Virus record (IMG/VR): IMGVR_UViG_3300007983_000002 | Span: 1-36,003 of that record | DNA length: 36,003 nt | Direction: 5' to 3' (one strand) | Source: a virus | Taxonomy: Duplodnaviria > Caudoviricetes | In this document: positions 9,144-17,239 of the stretch, piece by piece | Position numbering within the stretch: position 1 is the stretch's first letter | Layout of the letters: each line of letters begins with the position of its first letter | The notes under the pieces: model-generated | Told to the model about the DNA's origin: nothing | The model's database searches: none | What the model saw: only the letters and a program-made list of their open reading frames with translations | Translations under genes and position numbers: made by a program

Positions 9144-9489
9144 GCTCGAACTCTGACTGATCAGCGTCTGCGATCGCCTTGGATGCGTAGTCGTACAGAT
9201 ACAGGATCAGATTGCAGTGCTGTGCAGCGCCTTGAATGCCACAGAAGTGAGGGATTGCCTTGAACTCCAGGTTGGCACAGCCGTCAAACTTGATGCTTCC
9301 TCGCGCGTAGAGCGTGGTATTGCATACGATCTCACGGGCGCCCTCCTCCCAGGAGTCCACCTCGTACACCATGAAGCTCCAGAAATGGCTTCCAAGCTCA
9401 AGAGTCTCGATCTCAAAGATAGGCACGTTGCCGTCATGTAGACGGACGCGCTGGCTCCCTACCAGGGGCTTGATGCCGAGCTCAACCAT
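9130..9489 (-). CDS. Hypothetical protein
   Basis: Overlaps both neighbours in the operon; no recognised motif. Confidence 0.55.
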   Translation of the reverse strand: MVELGIKPLVGSQRVRLHDGNVPIFEIETLELGSHFWSFMVYEVDSWEEGAREIVCNTTLYARGSIKFDGCANLEFKAIPHFCGIQGAAQHCNLILYLYDYASKAIADADQSEFELGNG

Positions 9490-9766
9490 TCGCTGCAGCC
9501 TGGAGGCGCTTGGTCTTTATCACGTCGCGCAACAGCTCTTCGCTCATTTGGTTGGTGTTGTGCGTCACGGTGCCAGAGTGCTCGAGATTCACGTTCTTGT
9601 CGATAAACCTGGAAGCGACTGTCATGGTGGCGAGGAAGTCTTTTTCGAATGCCTCAACCCATCGCGTTGACATCGGTTTTTTGCTGTCATCGATGATCTT
9701 CAGAGCTCGAAGTAAGCCGCCGCGGATAGCTGGGGTAAGGTCCGGTGATCCTTTTGGTCTGGCCAT
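9482..9766 (-). CDS. Putative terminase small subunit
   Basis: MARPKGS N-terminus and C-terminal EHSG...SEE.L are typical of TerS; lies upstream of TerL. Confidence 0.55.
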   Translation of the reverse strand: MARPKGSPDLTPAIRGGLLRALKIIDDSKKPMSTRWVEAFEKDFLATMTVASRFIDKNVNLEHSGTVTHNTNQMSEELLRDVIKTKRLQAAANG

Positions 9767-9771
9767 AATTT

Positions 9772-10233
9772 CTATTCCCTGTAACCCATTGATCCTATTA
9801 ACTTTAAGTTGGTGACCACTTTATCACGAACCAGCGGTTGTTTTGGTATCTCAATACCGGGGATATCGGTCACATCAATCTTGGCTTCGATGTCTGGATA
9901 GATTTTTTCTTTGCGCCAATTGACGTCCGGTCTGATGCGTATGCCGTGGTCTCTGGGGTCGAATTCTCTCCACTTGCTGGGCCTGACGAGCATGAAGGCA
10001 TCCATCACCACTATATCGGCAATGATGCGACCGTCATCAGTCTCAAAGAGCTCTACCTCAGCGACCTTTTTTCCGTCACCCAGGGCAATAATGTAGCCCT
10101 CATCGTGGGTAGCCCAGTCGTCATCGATGTCAGCCTGGAACACGCGGCCGAGAGACCCCATCTGGGCCTCGCGCTGAAGCTGATTGAGAGCGTGAGCTGC
10201 CCGGCGCCTGGACATTAATGCTGAGTTAATCAT
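9772..10233 (-). CDS. Hypothetical protein
   Basis: 153-aa ORF with AAGGAG RBS. Confidence 0.6.
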   Translation of the reverse strand: MINSALMSRRRAAHALNQLQREAQMGSLGRVFQADIDDDWATHDEGYIIALGDGKKVAEVELFETDDGRIIADIVVMDAFMLVRPSKWREFDPRDHGIRIRPDVNWRKEKIYPDIEAKIDVTDIPGIEIPKQPLVRDKVVTNLKLIGSMGYRE

Positions 10234-10321
10234 CGGAGCTCCTTGCGCTGAACCATACTGATACCGCGGCTATCACAATGATAGCGGGAACCATGATCTC
10301 TATGATTTGGTTATTGTCCAT
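10226..10321 (-). CDS. Small membrane peptide (31 aa)
   Basis: Manual translation MDNNQIIEIMVPAIIVIAAVSVWFSARSSDD; overlaps both neighbours. Confidence 0.5.
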   Translation of the reverse strand: MDNNQIIEIMVPAIIVIAAVSVWFSARSSDD

Positions 10322-10397
10322 AATAAGCATCCACCATTGCAATCAGCAGCCCGAAGGTCACCAGGGCTATTAGGGAGTGGGCGAAGGGTTCAGCCAT
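10311..10397 (-). CDS. Small membrane peptide (28 aa)
   Basis: Manual translation MAEPFAHSLIALVTFGLLIAMVDAYYGQ; GGAGG RBS. Confidence 0.55.
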   Translation of the reverse strand: MAEPFAHSLIALVTFGLLIAMVDAYYGQ

Positions 10398-10542
10398 CAC
10401 CAGCCTCCAGTGCTTTCTTGCCTTTCCGCTCGGCCTCAATGTACTCACTCGTTCTCCAGTATCCAGACACCAAAACCAGACCCTGACAGGGTGGCTTTGC
10501 GTATCGGTTATCGGCGTATTTTTTTACTGTGTTGTGATTCAT
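10390..10542 (-). CDS. Small hypothetical protein (50 aa)
   Basis: Manual translation MNHNTVKKYADNRYAKPPCQG...; TAATG-coupled to the upstream gene. Confidence 0.55.
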   Translation of the reverse strand: MNHNTVKKYADNRYAKPPCQGLVLVSGYWRTSEYIEAERKGKKALEAGDG

Positions 10543-10799
10543 TACTCACTCTCCTGTAGGACTTCTCCCAATCTATTTATATCGTCCAGCAGGTGCGGAA
10601 ACTGCCGCAGGGAATCTCGGTGAACGTCGTCCATCTGTCTCTCCTTTTCCTCAACAACGCGAGTAGCAGCCTCCCGCAGACTGGCGTTCTTTGCCTCTAG
10701 TTTGGCGATACGCCTTACCCCCATCCTCCACAAATTAACTAACTGCTCTGGGTGGAGAAGCACACCGTCTACCATGATTCCTTCAGGCTTAAGACTCAT
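10542..10799 (-). CDS. Hypothetical coiled-coil protein
   Basis: RIAKLEAKNASLREA heptads; coupled ORF. Confidence 0.6.
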   Translation of the reverse strand: MSLKPEGIMVDGVLLHPEQLVNLWRMGVRRIAKLEAKNASLREAATRVVEEKERQMDDVHRDSLRQFPHLLDDINRLGEVLQESE

Positions 10800-10882
10800 T
10801 CACTCTCTCCAATAAGGTGGCAACCAGAGCAGGCAGGGCACTCGTTGGAATGCCAAGTCGCAAAGTCCCTGTTGGCTGCCAT
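10796..10882 (-). CDS. Cys/His-rich micro-protein (28 aa)
   Basis: Manual translation MAANRDFATWHSNECPACSGCHLIGESE; ATGA overlap with the downstream gene. Confidence 0.45.
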   Translation of the reverse strand: MAANRDFATWHSNECPACSGCHLIGESE

Positions 10883-10885
10883 AAA

Positions 10886-11158
10886 CTATTGCTCTCTGGC
10901 TTCAAGCATGAAATCTGCGTAGATGTATGCGTGTTTAGCAGTGGCAGAAGGCGTCTCTCTTTCCCTATAGCCTGCCGCCAACATTCCCTGCAGGGCATCC
11001 ATGGCAATCTTGTCGCGCAGCTCGATGTTCTTTTGAGCCTGGGCCTCCCTGGTCATTCTTTCAACTATTTGCTCGCCAAGTGTTTTACCGCCCTCGGATT
11101 TTTTGATAATGCTTGGCTCTTCGCTTGAAAATGTCTTCGATTCGTCTGAGATATTCAT
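10886..11158 (-). CDS. Conserved small phage protein (LRDxxAxxAxQG...AYxxAD family)
   Basis: ELRDKIAMDALQGMLA...AYIYADFMLEAR motif; start placed at MNISD. Confidence 0.65.
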   Translation of the reverse strand: MNISDESKTFSSEEPSIIKKSEGGKTLGEQIVERMTREAQAQKNIELRDKIAMDALQGMLAAGYRERETPSATAKHAYIYADFMLEAREQ

Positions 11159-11606
11159 CGCTGTATTTCCTGACGCTGTTGTTGTTCTCCAAAGACTCAA
11201 CGCGCTCGACTCCAATTTTCTGTACCAGGGCTATCCGGTACTCGAGCAGGTTGCCAGACTTGCTGGTATTACACTGGGCGCAACTCGCATGCACATTCCA
11301 GCAGTTAAACCTGAGCTGCCCTGCAGCTGCCACGCTCCTATAATGCGAGGCGTTACGCCTACCTTTGTAGGGTGACTGGCCGCACGATATACACGGCTGG
11401 TGCATGTCCCTGGTTCTTATAAAAGAATTGAACGCATCCTGGGTCCTCTTCTTGAGATCCTGCTTTGTCGGGGCTTTCTTTTTTTCTGCCTTGCGTTTCT
11501 TTTTTGCCTTCACCTCGATGATGGCGCACCGTGGACTACAAGCTTTCTGGCCTATCTTGCGGACCTCAAACTCCACCGCGCACACAACACAGCGTTTGAT
11601 ATTCAA
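11085..11606 (-). CDS. ninG: NinG/Rap-like recombination endonuclease
   Basis: CxxC N-terminus; FNSFIRTRD..PCISCG; ASHYRS; LRF...NVHASCAQCN..KSGN. Confidence 0.85.
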   Translation of the reverse strand: MNIKRCVVCAVEFEVRKIGQKACSPRCAIIEVKAKKKRKAEKKKAPTKQDLKKRTQDAFNSFIRTRDMHQPCISCGQSPYKGRRNASHYRSVAAAGQLRFNCWNVHASCAQCNTSKSGNLLEYRIALVQKIGVERVESLENNNSVRKYSDEYLRRIEDIFKRRAKHYQKIRGR

Positions 11607-11719
11607 CCCTGTATCTCACCCGCCGTCATCGACAAGAGCCTGACCACAGTGTAGCCGACAAACGAAAAAACTATTGCCGAAAGCAACATTGCAAAAAATA
11701 GCAACAAGCCATCTTTCAT
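11603..11719 (-). CDS. Small membrane protein (38 aa)
   Basis: Manual translation MKDGLLLFFAMLLSAIVFSFVGYTVVRLLSMTAGEIQG; coupled at both ends. Confidence 0.55.
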   Translation of the reverse strand: MKDGLLLFFAMLLSAIVFSFVGYTVVRLLSMTAGEIQG

Positions 11720-12249
11720 TGCTCCACCACTCGGTAAACACCTACTTCACTGTTGCAGCAGGACGACACCTCAGTAATGCAGGGCACCCAAACTTTCCTG
11801 CCCCATGCTTCCTCAACCCCCCCTTCATCTGCCTCAACAACATCGCAGCCTTCCTTGCAGGATTCGCACAAAGTGATATCACATTCTGCATACTCACCAA
11901 TTAGGCCTATTTCACGTGAAACATCTTCCACCTCAGTCGGAGAAAGCAGCTCATCATCGACAACGTGCTCGCTAACAGCAGTCGCCAAGGGGATATCGTA
12001 CTCAGCGGCATCTTTAGATATCGCCTCCGCCGCCGCTTCCACAAAATCCTGATAAGCGGTTATCACCAGGTCCTGGATCGCCATGCGAGACTCAAAGCTG
12101 AGCTCCGCACCCATCACTAGCTGGTCAAGAAGAATGTAGCCTTCGGTGGTTTTACGAAAGGTATCACGCGCCTCGGTAAGAGCGCGCTCGCTGTAGTTTG
12201 CTTTGCCGGTAACGTATGCCTGGACAAACTCTGCTTGGAACTTATTCAT
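11716..12249 (-). CDS. Acidic hypothetical protein with C-terminal Zn-finger-like CxxC...CC
   Basis: GGAG RBS; CESC...EAWG...SSCC. Confidence 0.6.
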   Translation of the reverse strand: MNKFQAEFVQAYVTGKANYSERALTEARDTFRKTTEGYILLDQLVMGAELSFESRMAIQDLVITAYQDFVEAAAEAISKDAAEYDIPLATAVSEHVVDDELLSPTEVEDVSREIGLIGEYAECDITLCESCKEGCDVVEADEGGVEEAWGRKVWVPCITEVSSCCNSEVGVYRVVEQ

Positions 12250-12287
12250 GGTGTATCTCCGTCGCTGTTGTGATTTACAGTTTGAGC

Positions 12288-12485
12288 TTATGACTGCCCT
12301 TCATAATTAGTCATAATCTCAGCAATGATTTCGTCAGCACTGCATCCATCATGAAAAAGGTCGTATATCCAGCCTTCGTCAGCGCCAGGTATCCGCGCAA
12401 GCACAGACCCTTTAATTGCTTCGTATACCGCATCAACGTCTGCGCGGTTTTCGTTTTGGTAAGTCATTAACTGTGCGTCATTCAT
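12288..12485 (-). CDS. Hypothetical protein
   Basis: AGGAG RBS; 65 aa, acidic. Confidence 0.6.
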   Translation of the reverse strand: MNDAQLMTYQNENRADVDAVYEAIKGSVLARIPGADEGWIYDLFHDGCSADEIIAEIMTNYEGQS

Positions 12486-12546
12486 TTGTTTATCTCCTGT
12501 GTGATTCCGCTAGACTTTCGCGTTGAATTTGTCTTGGGGATTCATG

Positions 12547-12768
12547 CTAGTAAACCCCCTCTGACGGCTCGCCATCTTCGCCAGCTTGACCAGCAACAGG
12601 CTCGTCATCATTGCGTATGGCAAACATATTGCGCTGGTCGCAAAATCGTTGAGCAGCTGCTTTACTGTTGAAGCCGTCAACTTCGTTGCACCACTCTCCG
12701 TTTCTATACTCAGAAACCCTGTAGTCGCCATACTTTTGGTTTTGCTCAACTTTGTATTCTTCAATCAT
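12547..12768 (-). CDS. Hypothetical protein
   Basis: First gene after a leftward promoter; purine-rich RBS. Confidence 0.55.
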   Translation of the reverse strand: MIEEYKVEQNQKYGDYRVSEYRNGEWCNEVDGFNSKAAAQRFCDQRNMFAIRNDDEPVAGQAGEDGEPSEGVY

Positions 12769-12809
12769 ATCTCTATATCCCCTGCGTGATTTCGTATTAC
12801 TTGAGGCAC

Positions 12810-12851
12810 ACGATATAGAAGAAAAACACTTAACTCAACACTTTTTGTGAA
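12810..12851 (-). promoter_or_regulatory. Leftward sigma70-like promoter with conserved upstream box
   Basis: TTGAGT-N17-TATCGT, preceded by TTCACAAAAAGTG. Confidence 0.55.
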
Positions 12852-13229
12852 TTATATTTTAGTCACCAACGCTAAGATATCTTTCGCCTCTTCGACACTG
12901 CGTATCCTCGCGGTGTGAAAATCCCAGCCCACCATGTCGCTGATTGTTTTATACAGCTGCTTACGAGACATCCTGCGCTCCTGGCGCCAGATCGGGTCGA
13001 TAACGCGATGGATCTCGCTACGCAGCTGCCGGAGCTCTTTTGTTGGGATTGATCCAAGGGGCGCAGTCTTTACGTCCGAACGGTGGTGGCAGCCCACGTA
13101 ATTGCCGCAAGCGTCACACCTCCAAAACGGCACGGCCGCCAGGTCTTTCCGATGAGGATAGATTTCTGCCCCATCCGTAAGCCGGGCATCCACCAGGCCA
13201 TTACAGCCTATGCACATAATCTTCATCAT
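12852..13229 (-). CDS. Zinc-finger protein (DUF3268-like)
   Basis: CxxC...YPHR.DL...WRC..C..YVGCH...PLG...LR..R..H...DP.W. Confidence 0.75.
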   Translation of the reverse strand: MMKIMCIGCNGLVDARLTDGAEIYPHRKDLAAVPFWRCDACGNYVGCHHRSDVKTAPLGSIPTKELRQLRSEIHRVIDPIWRQERRMSRKQLYKTISDMVGWDFHTARIRSVEEAKDILALVTKI

Positions 13230-13393
13230 TTCCTGCCCCGCCTGAGAAGCATGTTTACTACGGCTGTAAAATAATCTGTTTCATAGTGAGTGTTTTTTGT
13301 CAGGGTATTTTTCTTCTCCTTTTTCTCCCTTCCATCTGCGATGGCTTGCGCCTTTCTCTCCTCAAATGTACCGCGATCTCTTGCTTGTCCCAT
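13226..13393 (-). CDS. Small basic hypothetical protein (55 aa)
   Basis: Manual translation MGQARDRGTFEERKAQA...; coupled at both ends. Confidence 0.6.
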   Translation of the reverse strand: MGQARDRGTFEERKAQAIADGREKKEKKNTLTKNTHYETDYFTAVVNMLLRRGRK

Positions 13394-13863
13394 CATTGAT
13401 TCTCCTGATCCATTAGTTGCTTGTACTCACCATCCTGCGGGTTATATAAAACAATCCCGCGACTTATTGCCCACTGCTCATGAAGACACATCGCGCCATA
13501 CCGCTCACCCTTATTGGCCCGGCGACCAGGTGCATCCCCGCCAGCCGACCAGGTCATGCGATGTCCGTTTTCATCGACCCCCAGGTACCGCCGGGTAAAG
13601 TACTCATGGGCATCTTCTGCACTGGGAGGCCGGCCATCATCCATCCGGTTGCCGTCAGCATCTTCAACGTAGATTCTAAGACCCTCATTCTCCATATACT
13701 TAGCGGTCTGGGTCATCCAAGCTCGCCAGATACGAGTCATGCCCCACTTGCCTATCGAAGGAGATTTGGTGGTTACTGAAAGGCTCGATTGATCTTTGAG
13801 CTCATCCTGCAGACGCTCCATAAGCTGGTGTAGGTTTGCTTTTGACACGATGAAATCTTTCAT
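13393..13863 (-). CDS. NinB/YbcN-like recombination-associated protein
   Basis: Size, W..WM...A, H..F...YLG and W....GI.L..P pattern, and nin-region context. Confidence 0.5.
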   Translation of the reverse strand: MKDFIVSKANLHQLMERLQDELKDQSSLSVTTKSPSIGKWGMTRIWRAWMTQTAKYMENEGLRIYVEDADGNRMDDGRPPSAEDAHEYFTRRYLGVDENGHRMTWSAGGDAPGRRANKGERYGAMCLHEQWAISRGIVLYNPQDGEYKQLMDQENQ

Positions 13864-13891
13864 TGCTGGTCGCCGTTATGATTGAAGGGCC

Positions 13892-13920
13892 ACAGTACTT
13901 CACTTTTTTTGTTGCGTCAA
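13892..13920 (-). promoter_or_regulatory. Leftward sigma70-like promoter in the divergent control region
   Basis: TTGACG-N17-TACTGT on the minus strand. Confidence 0.65.
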
Positions 13921-13963
13921 CTTACAAAGTGTGATCTGATTTGTTCGCCAACAACAGGAGGAA

Positions 13964-14173
13964 ATGGCGATGAAATTTTTAACACTGGACGGCGCACTGA
14001 AGCGTTACGGATCTAAGAAGGGTATCGCGCAAATGTGTAAGGTATCTCCGGCCGCGGTATCAAAAGCGTTTGATGACCGGGAGAACAACAACTACAAAAT
14101 CCGCATTGGTTCTGGATCGGTTGACCTGGTCAAAGAGCAGCCAAAGTGGAAAAAAATAAAGGGGAGGGCCTGA
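13964..14173 (+). CDS. Cro-like HTH regulator
   Basis: YGSKKGIAQMCKVSPAAVSKA HTH; first rightward gene; AGGAGG RBS. Confidence 0.7.
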   Translation: MAMKFLTLDGALKRYGSKKGIAQMCKVSPAAVSKAFDDRENNNYKIRIGSGSVDLVKEQPKWKKIKGRA

Positions 14174-14284
14174 TTAGGTGGCCGCCCCCAACCGTTGGAA
14201 GGGGGATCGGCCTTGACCCCAGGAGACCAGAGTCAAACGGCTTAACAAACAGCGACGAAAACTAAACCGCGGAGATACTTTACC

Positions 14285-14491
14285 ATGAGACCAGTAAGTC
14301 AGAAAGACATGATCATCGATAGTTTAAAAGATGGCCGAGTAATTACGCCGATTCATGCTCTAACTGAGTTTGGATGCTTCAGATTGGCAGCCAGGATCAG
14401 TGAGTTGAGAGCTGAGGGCTATCAAATTGCGACCGAGATTGTCGATAACGGTGACTCGAGATACGCAGCCTATTATTTAGAACAGGCATAA
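14285..14491 (+). CDS. Small winged-HTH protein
   Basis: ITPIHAL..FGCFRLAARISELR..G..I motif, a common phage HTH family. Confidence 0.75.
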   Translation: MRPVSQKDMIIDSLKDGRVITPIHALTEFGCFRLAARISELRAEGYQIATEIVDNGDSRYAAYYLEQA

Positions 14492-14522
14492 AAAAAGCCC
14501 ACGCCGGGGAGGTATGGGCTTT
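14489..14522 (-). terminator. Intrinsic terminator (strong on minus strand, possibly bidirectional)
   Basis: Minus strand AAAGCCCAT-loop-GTGGGCTTT continuing into a T-run. Confidence 0.7.
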
Positions 14523-14630
14523 CCAACCTTTGACAGCGGAGAGCGGTCAGGGTTAATCTCACAAGTGTTGGAGGGGCGTGGAGTCCCCTGCCAACGAAAC
14601 CAGAAGTATCAGCAGTACGTTCTGGAATCA
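14489..14630 (-). ncRNA. Putative ~140-nt antisense sRNA with four hairpins
   Basis: Bounded by a minus-strand promoter (14637-14665) and a U-tract terminator (14489-14522); four consecutive stem-loops. Confidence 0.55.
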
Positions 14631-14636
14631 GGCCCC

Positions 14637-14665
14637 ATTTTAATTTGATTCCCCCAGTACCGCAA
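14637..14665 (-). promoter_or_regulatory. Antisense sigma70-like promoter
   Basis: TTGCGG-N17-TAAAAT on the minus strand. Confidence 0.6.
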
Positions 14666-14693
14666 TACTTCTCAATATATCTGAGGAGATGTA

Positions 14694-15368
14694 ATGCGTC
14701 ACCCTGCAAACAATGCCACAACGTGGCTTAATTACATCTGGCAAAGCGATCTTTCGCCTACCCAGAAACTTATCTGCTGCTGTCTACGCAAGTACATGAA
14801 TGCCGAGCGCGAAATGGCATGGCCCAGCAAGGAAACTATCGCGAGAGAGTGTGGGCTCACATCTAGATGCGTGAGAAAAAACCTGCCAATAATTTGTGAG
14901 GCGGGCTATTTGATTGCCAATGGCGAGTCAAAATATGGCACGACTCGCTACGAGATATTGACCCCTGAACTAGATTCACCCCCTGAACGAGGTTCACCTC
15001 TCACCCTGAACGAGGTTCCTCCACCCCCTGAACGTCGTTCACCCGAATTAAACAATGAATTAAACAATGTAATTAAACAAATAAAGGGGTGGGATGAGTG
15101 GGTAAGCTATCGACGTGAGATTAAGAAAAAAATGACCCCTGCTACCATTAAAAAGCAGGTTAAGTTTTTGTCAGGCAGGACTCCTGAAGAGCAGCAGGCA
15201 ATAATCGACCAATCAATCACTAATGGCTGGACTGGCCTATTTGAGGTAAAGCATGAGAACAATGGACGAGATAATGGGGATGCAAGACGTCAGCGCCTTA
15301 GCGCAGCGGAGCGAGTTAAAGTTGCAGCAGAGGAGCGAGAGCGGGAGCGTCAACGGCGCGGTGTCTGA
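14694..15368 (+). CDS. Replication initiator (lambda O-like, N-terminal HTH)
   Basis: AWPSKETIARECGLTSRCVRK HTH; internal iterons; C-terminal W..YR..KK...IIDQSI.NGWTGLF. Confidence 0.8.
   Translation: MRHPANNATTWLNYIWQSDLSPTQKLICCCLRKYMNAEREMAWPSKETIARECGLTSRCVRKNLPIICEAGYLIANGESKYGTTRYEILTPELDSPPERGSPLTLNEVPPPPERRSPELNNELNNVIKQIKGWDEWVSYRREIKKKMTPATIKKQVKFLSGRTPEEQQAIIDQSITNGWTGLFEVKHENNGRDNGDARRQRLSAAERVKVAAEERERERQRRGV
14963..15080. repeat. Replication origin: four 18-bp iterons plus AT-rich repeats
   Basis: CCCTGAACnnnnTTCaCC at 14963, 14981, 15004 and 15026, followed by AATTAAACAA at 15046, 15058 and 15071. Confidence 0.8.
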
Positions 15369-15705
15369 ACGCTACACAGACCGCCTGTGGACCATTCTCG
15401 CTGGGCGTTATGGTCACAAGCTTACCTCTGCCTTTGGCGACACGCCACCGCCTGAGTGGTATCAGAACCTTGAAGGCCTAACACCCGAGCAGTGGAAGCG
15501 GGGCATTGAAAAGCTAAACGACAGCACAGAGGCCTGGCCTCCGTCTGCCCCTGAATTTAAGGGATGGTGCCTTGGGGACACCCAGGGCTGGGAGCACAGT
15601 CGCATTGAAGCTGCCAACAGGGATAAGGTGCTTGCACTGCCAGAGAAGACTTCTGATGAGATCAGGGCGGCGGGCATAGCGATGATGAAGGAGGCGCTAA
15701 TATGA
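15253..15705 (+). CDS. Replication protein P-like (helicase loader)
   Basis: W..L...YG......FG......W...L.GL......G......WPPS.PEF..WC; follows the O-like gene; GAGGT RBS. Confidence 0.65.
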   Translation: MRTMDEIMGMQDVSALAQRSELKLQQRSESGSVNGAVSERYTDRLWTILAGRYGHKLTSAFGDTPPPEWYQNLEGLTPEQWKRGIEKLNDSTEAWPPSAPEFKGWCLGDTQGWEHSRIEAANRDKVLALPEKTSDEIRAAGIAMMKEALI

Positions 15706-15971
15706 GCAGAACAGATCACTTCCCGCGCCTCAACATCCATTCGGGTTGGAAGGCTAATAAAGACTCCCTGGCCGGCAGGGAAACCGTTGAAGAGTTTGTT
15801 GCCAGGGGCGGGAAGATCGACAAGATACCGACCGGCCAGGGCATCAGTAACGAGGGGAAAGGAAATACCAGCCAGGATGGCATGGGAGACGTCCGACGAA
15901 GAAGCGTACTTGGCCGGAAGATTCGACAACAGGATCACGCGATAGGTAAATCGAAAGGGCGCCTGTCGTAA
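15702..15971 (+). CDS. Hypothetical protein
   Basis: ATGA-coupled; VEEFVARGGKI..IP motif seen in small phage proteins. Confidence 0.6.
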   Translation: MSRTDHFPRLNIHSGWKANKDSLAGRETVEEFVARGGKIDKIPTGQGISNEGKGNTSQDGMGDVRRRSVLGRKIRQQDHAIGKSKGRLS

Positions 15972-15993
15972 CAAGCTACACGTCGTGATTTAT

Positions 15994-16034
15994 TTCATAA
16001 AAAGTGTTGACGCCTGATCTAAAAGGAGTACTAT
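15994..16034 (+). promoter_or_regulatory. Rightward sigma70-like promoter with conserved upstream box
   Basis: TTGACG-N16-TACTAT, preceded by TTCATAAAAAGTG. Confidence 0.6.
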
Positions 16035-16070
16035 TCGTGTTGTTCAACACACAAGCAGCGGAGCAAAACA

Positions 16071-16370
16071 ATGGCGACAATTACCCAAGAGTACTATGTG
16101 TTAGCGCGACTTACTGAGAAAGGGACGCTTTCTTACGGCTTGTACCTTACTGACATGAAGGAGTACGACGATTACTTCTGCATCGGTAAAAAGAGTTTTG
16201 AGATTGCTGACGTGGATGAGGAAGAAGTAATACTGGAGATTTACAAAAACCTCAATCGCACCCGCTCCAAGCTGCTTCAATCTCCTGAAGAGCAGGTCAA
16301 CGATATCAACGACAAGATATCTGCTTTGGCGGCGCTTATTAAGGAGGTTGACAATGTTAACGCAGCGTAA
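16071..16370 (+). CDS. Hypothetical protein
   Basis: GGAG RBS; first gene after the promoter. Confidence 0.65.
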   Translation: MATITQEYYVLARLTEKGTLSYGLYLTDMKEYDDYFCIGKKSFEIADVDEEEVILEIYKNLNRTRSKLLQSPEEQVNDINDKISALAALIKEVDNVNAA

Positions 16371-16560
16371 TTCTGACGGCACGTTTTCATGCTTTGGTCG
16401 CGGACCTTTGAGGCCTATCGTTATCGACCTGCCTGATCGTGAGGAGGCTCGCAAAGAATATACAACAGAGCTCAAGCTTCAGATCAATGAAGAGTATGCA
16501 ATGTGCGAGGCGATGTCAGCGATGGCGCCTTCGGATGATTGCTGGGAGGATCTGGGGTGA
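16354..16560 (+). CDS. Hypothetical protein
   Basis: AAGGAGG RBS before ATG 16354. Confidence 0.6.
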   Translation: MLTQRNSDGTFSCFGRGPLRPIVIDLPDREEARKEYTTELKLQINEEYAMCEAMSAMAPSDDCWEDLG

Positions 16561-16697
16561 GCTTACTTCTATGTGCAGGTCTGGTGTTTTTTCTTTTATG
16601 GATTGAAGAGTCCAGTGCAGCCAGCTTCCTTTCTTTGATTGGCGGGGGCACGGTGATTTACTGGATGTTTGTTTCTTTGATGGAGATCATTTCGTAA
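16557..16697 (+). CDS. Small two-TM membrane protein (46 aa)
   Basis: Manual translation MSLLLCAGLVFFLLWIEESSAASFLSLIGGGTVIYWMFVSLMEIIS; GTGA and TAATG coupling. Confidence 0.55.
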   Translation: MSLLLCAGLVFFLLWIEESSAASFLSLIGGGTVIYWMFVSLMEIIS

Positions 16698-17239
16698 TGG
16701 ATGTTTCTGGATTACGCACCCCGCTAACTCAGGATGAAATTGAGTTTCGTGTGCAGTCAATCAACCGCGGCGGCTACGCCACAATGCTGGTTTACAAAAA
16801 CGCGCGGGTAGACATGGAGGTTCTTGACCGCGTCGTTGGTCCTACGAACTGGAAGCGCGAGCACCTCAACGGCAACCATAACTGCATTGTCTCTATATGG
16901 TGTCCCGATAAGAAAGCATGGGTCAGCAAAGAAGACACGGGCACAGAGTCTAATCAGGACGCCCAGAAAGGCCTCGCCAGTGATTCGTTTAAACGCGCTT
17001 GCACGAACTGGGGTATTGGTAGAGAGCTTTATGACTACCCTGAGATTTCAGTCAAGTTAAACGACAACGAGTGGGAAATTTTTAACAACAAGCCGAAGGC
17101 AACCTGGAATTTGAAGGTTAAAAACTGGCGATGGTTCACCAAATGGGAAAACAACAAGCTCGTTTTGTTGGCCGCCAGGGACGAGACAGGTGCTGTCCGA
17201 TTTAAATATAAAGTTGAAGGAGAGGCGCCAAGTGAATAG
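16697..17239 (+). CDS. Rad52/Sak-like single-strand annealing protein
   Basis: IEFRVQ, Y.NAR....LD.VVG..NW, K..SDSFKRA...WGIGR.LY motifs. Confidence 0.85.
   Translation: MDVSGLRTPLTQDEIEFRVQSINRGGYATMLVYKNARVDMEVLDRVVGPTNWKREHLNGNHNCIVSIWCPDKKAWVSKEDTGTESNQDAQKGLASDSFKRACTNWGIGRELYDYPEISVKLNDNEWEIFNNKPKATWNLKVKNWRWFTKWENNKLVLLAARDETGAVRFKYKVEGEAPSE

Noticed and set aside
14473-14721. 82-aa minus-strand ORF across the intergenic region
   Set aside because: It spans the antisense promoter and terminator and has no clear RBS; the region is better explained as structured RNA.
14963-15080. CRISPR-like mini-array
   Set aside because: Repeats are 18 bp with 0-5 bp gaps inside an initiator gene and precede AT-rich repeats, which fits iterons.
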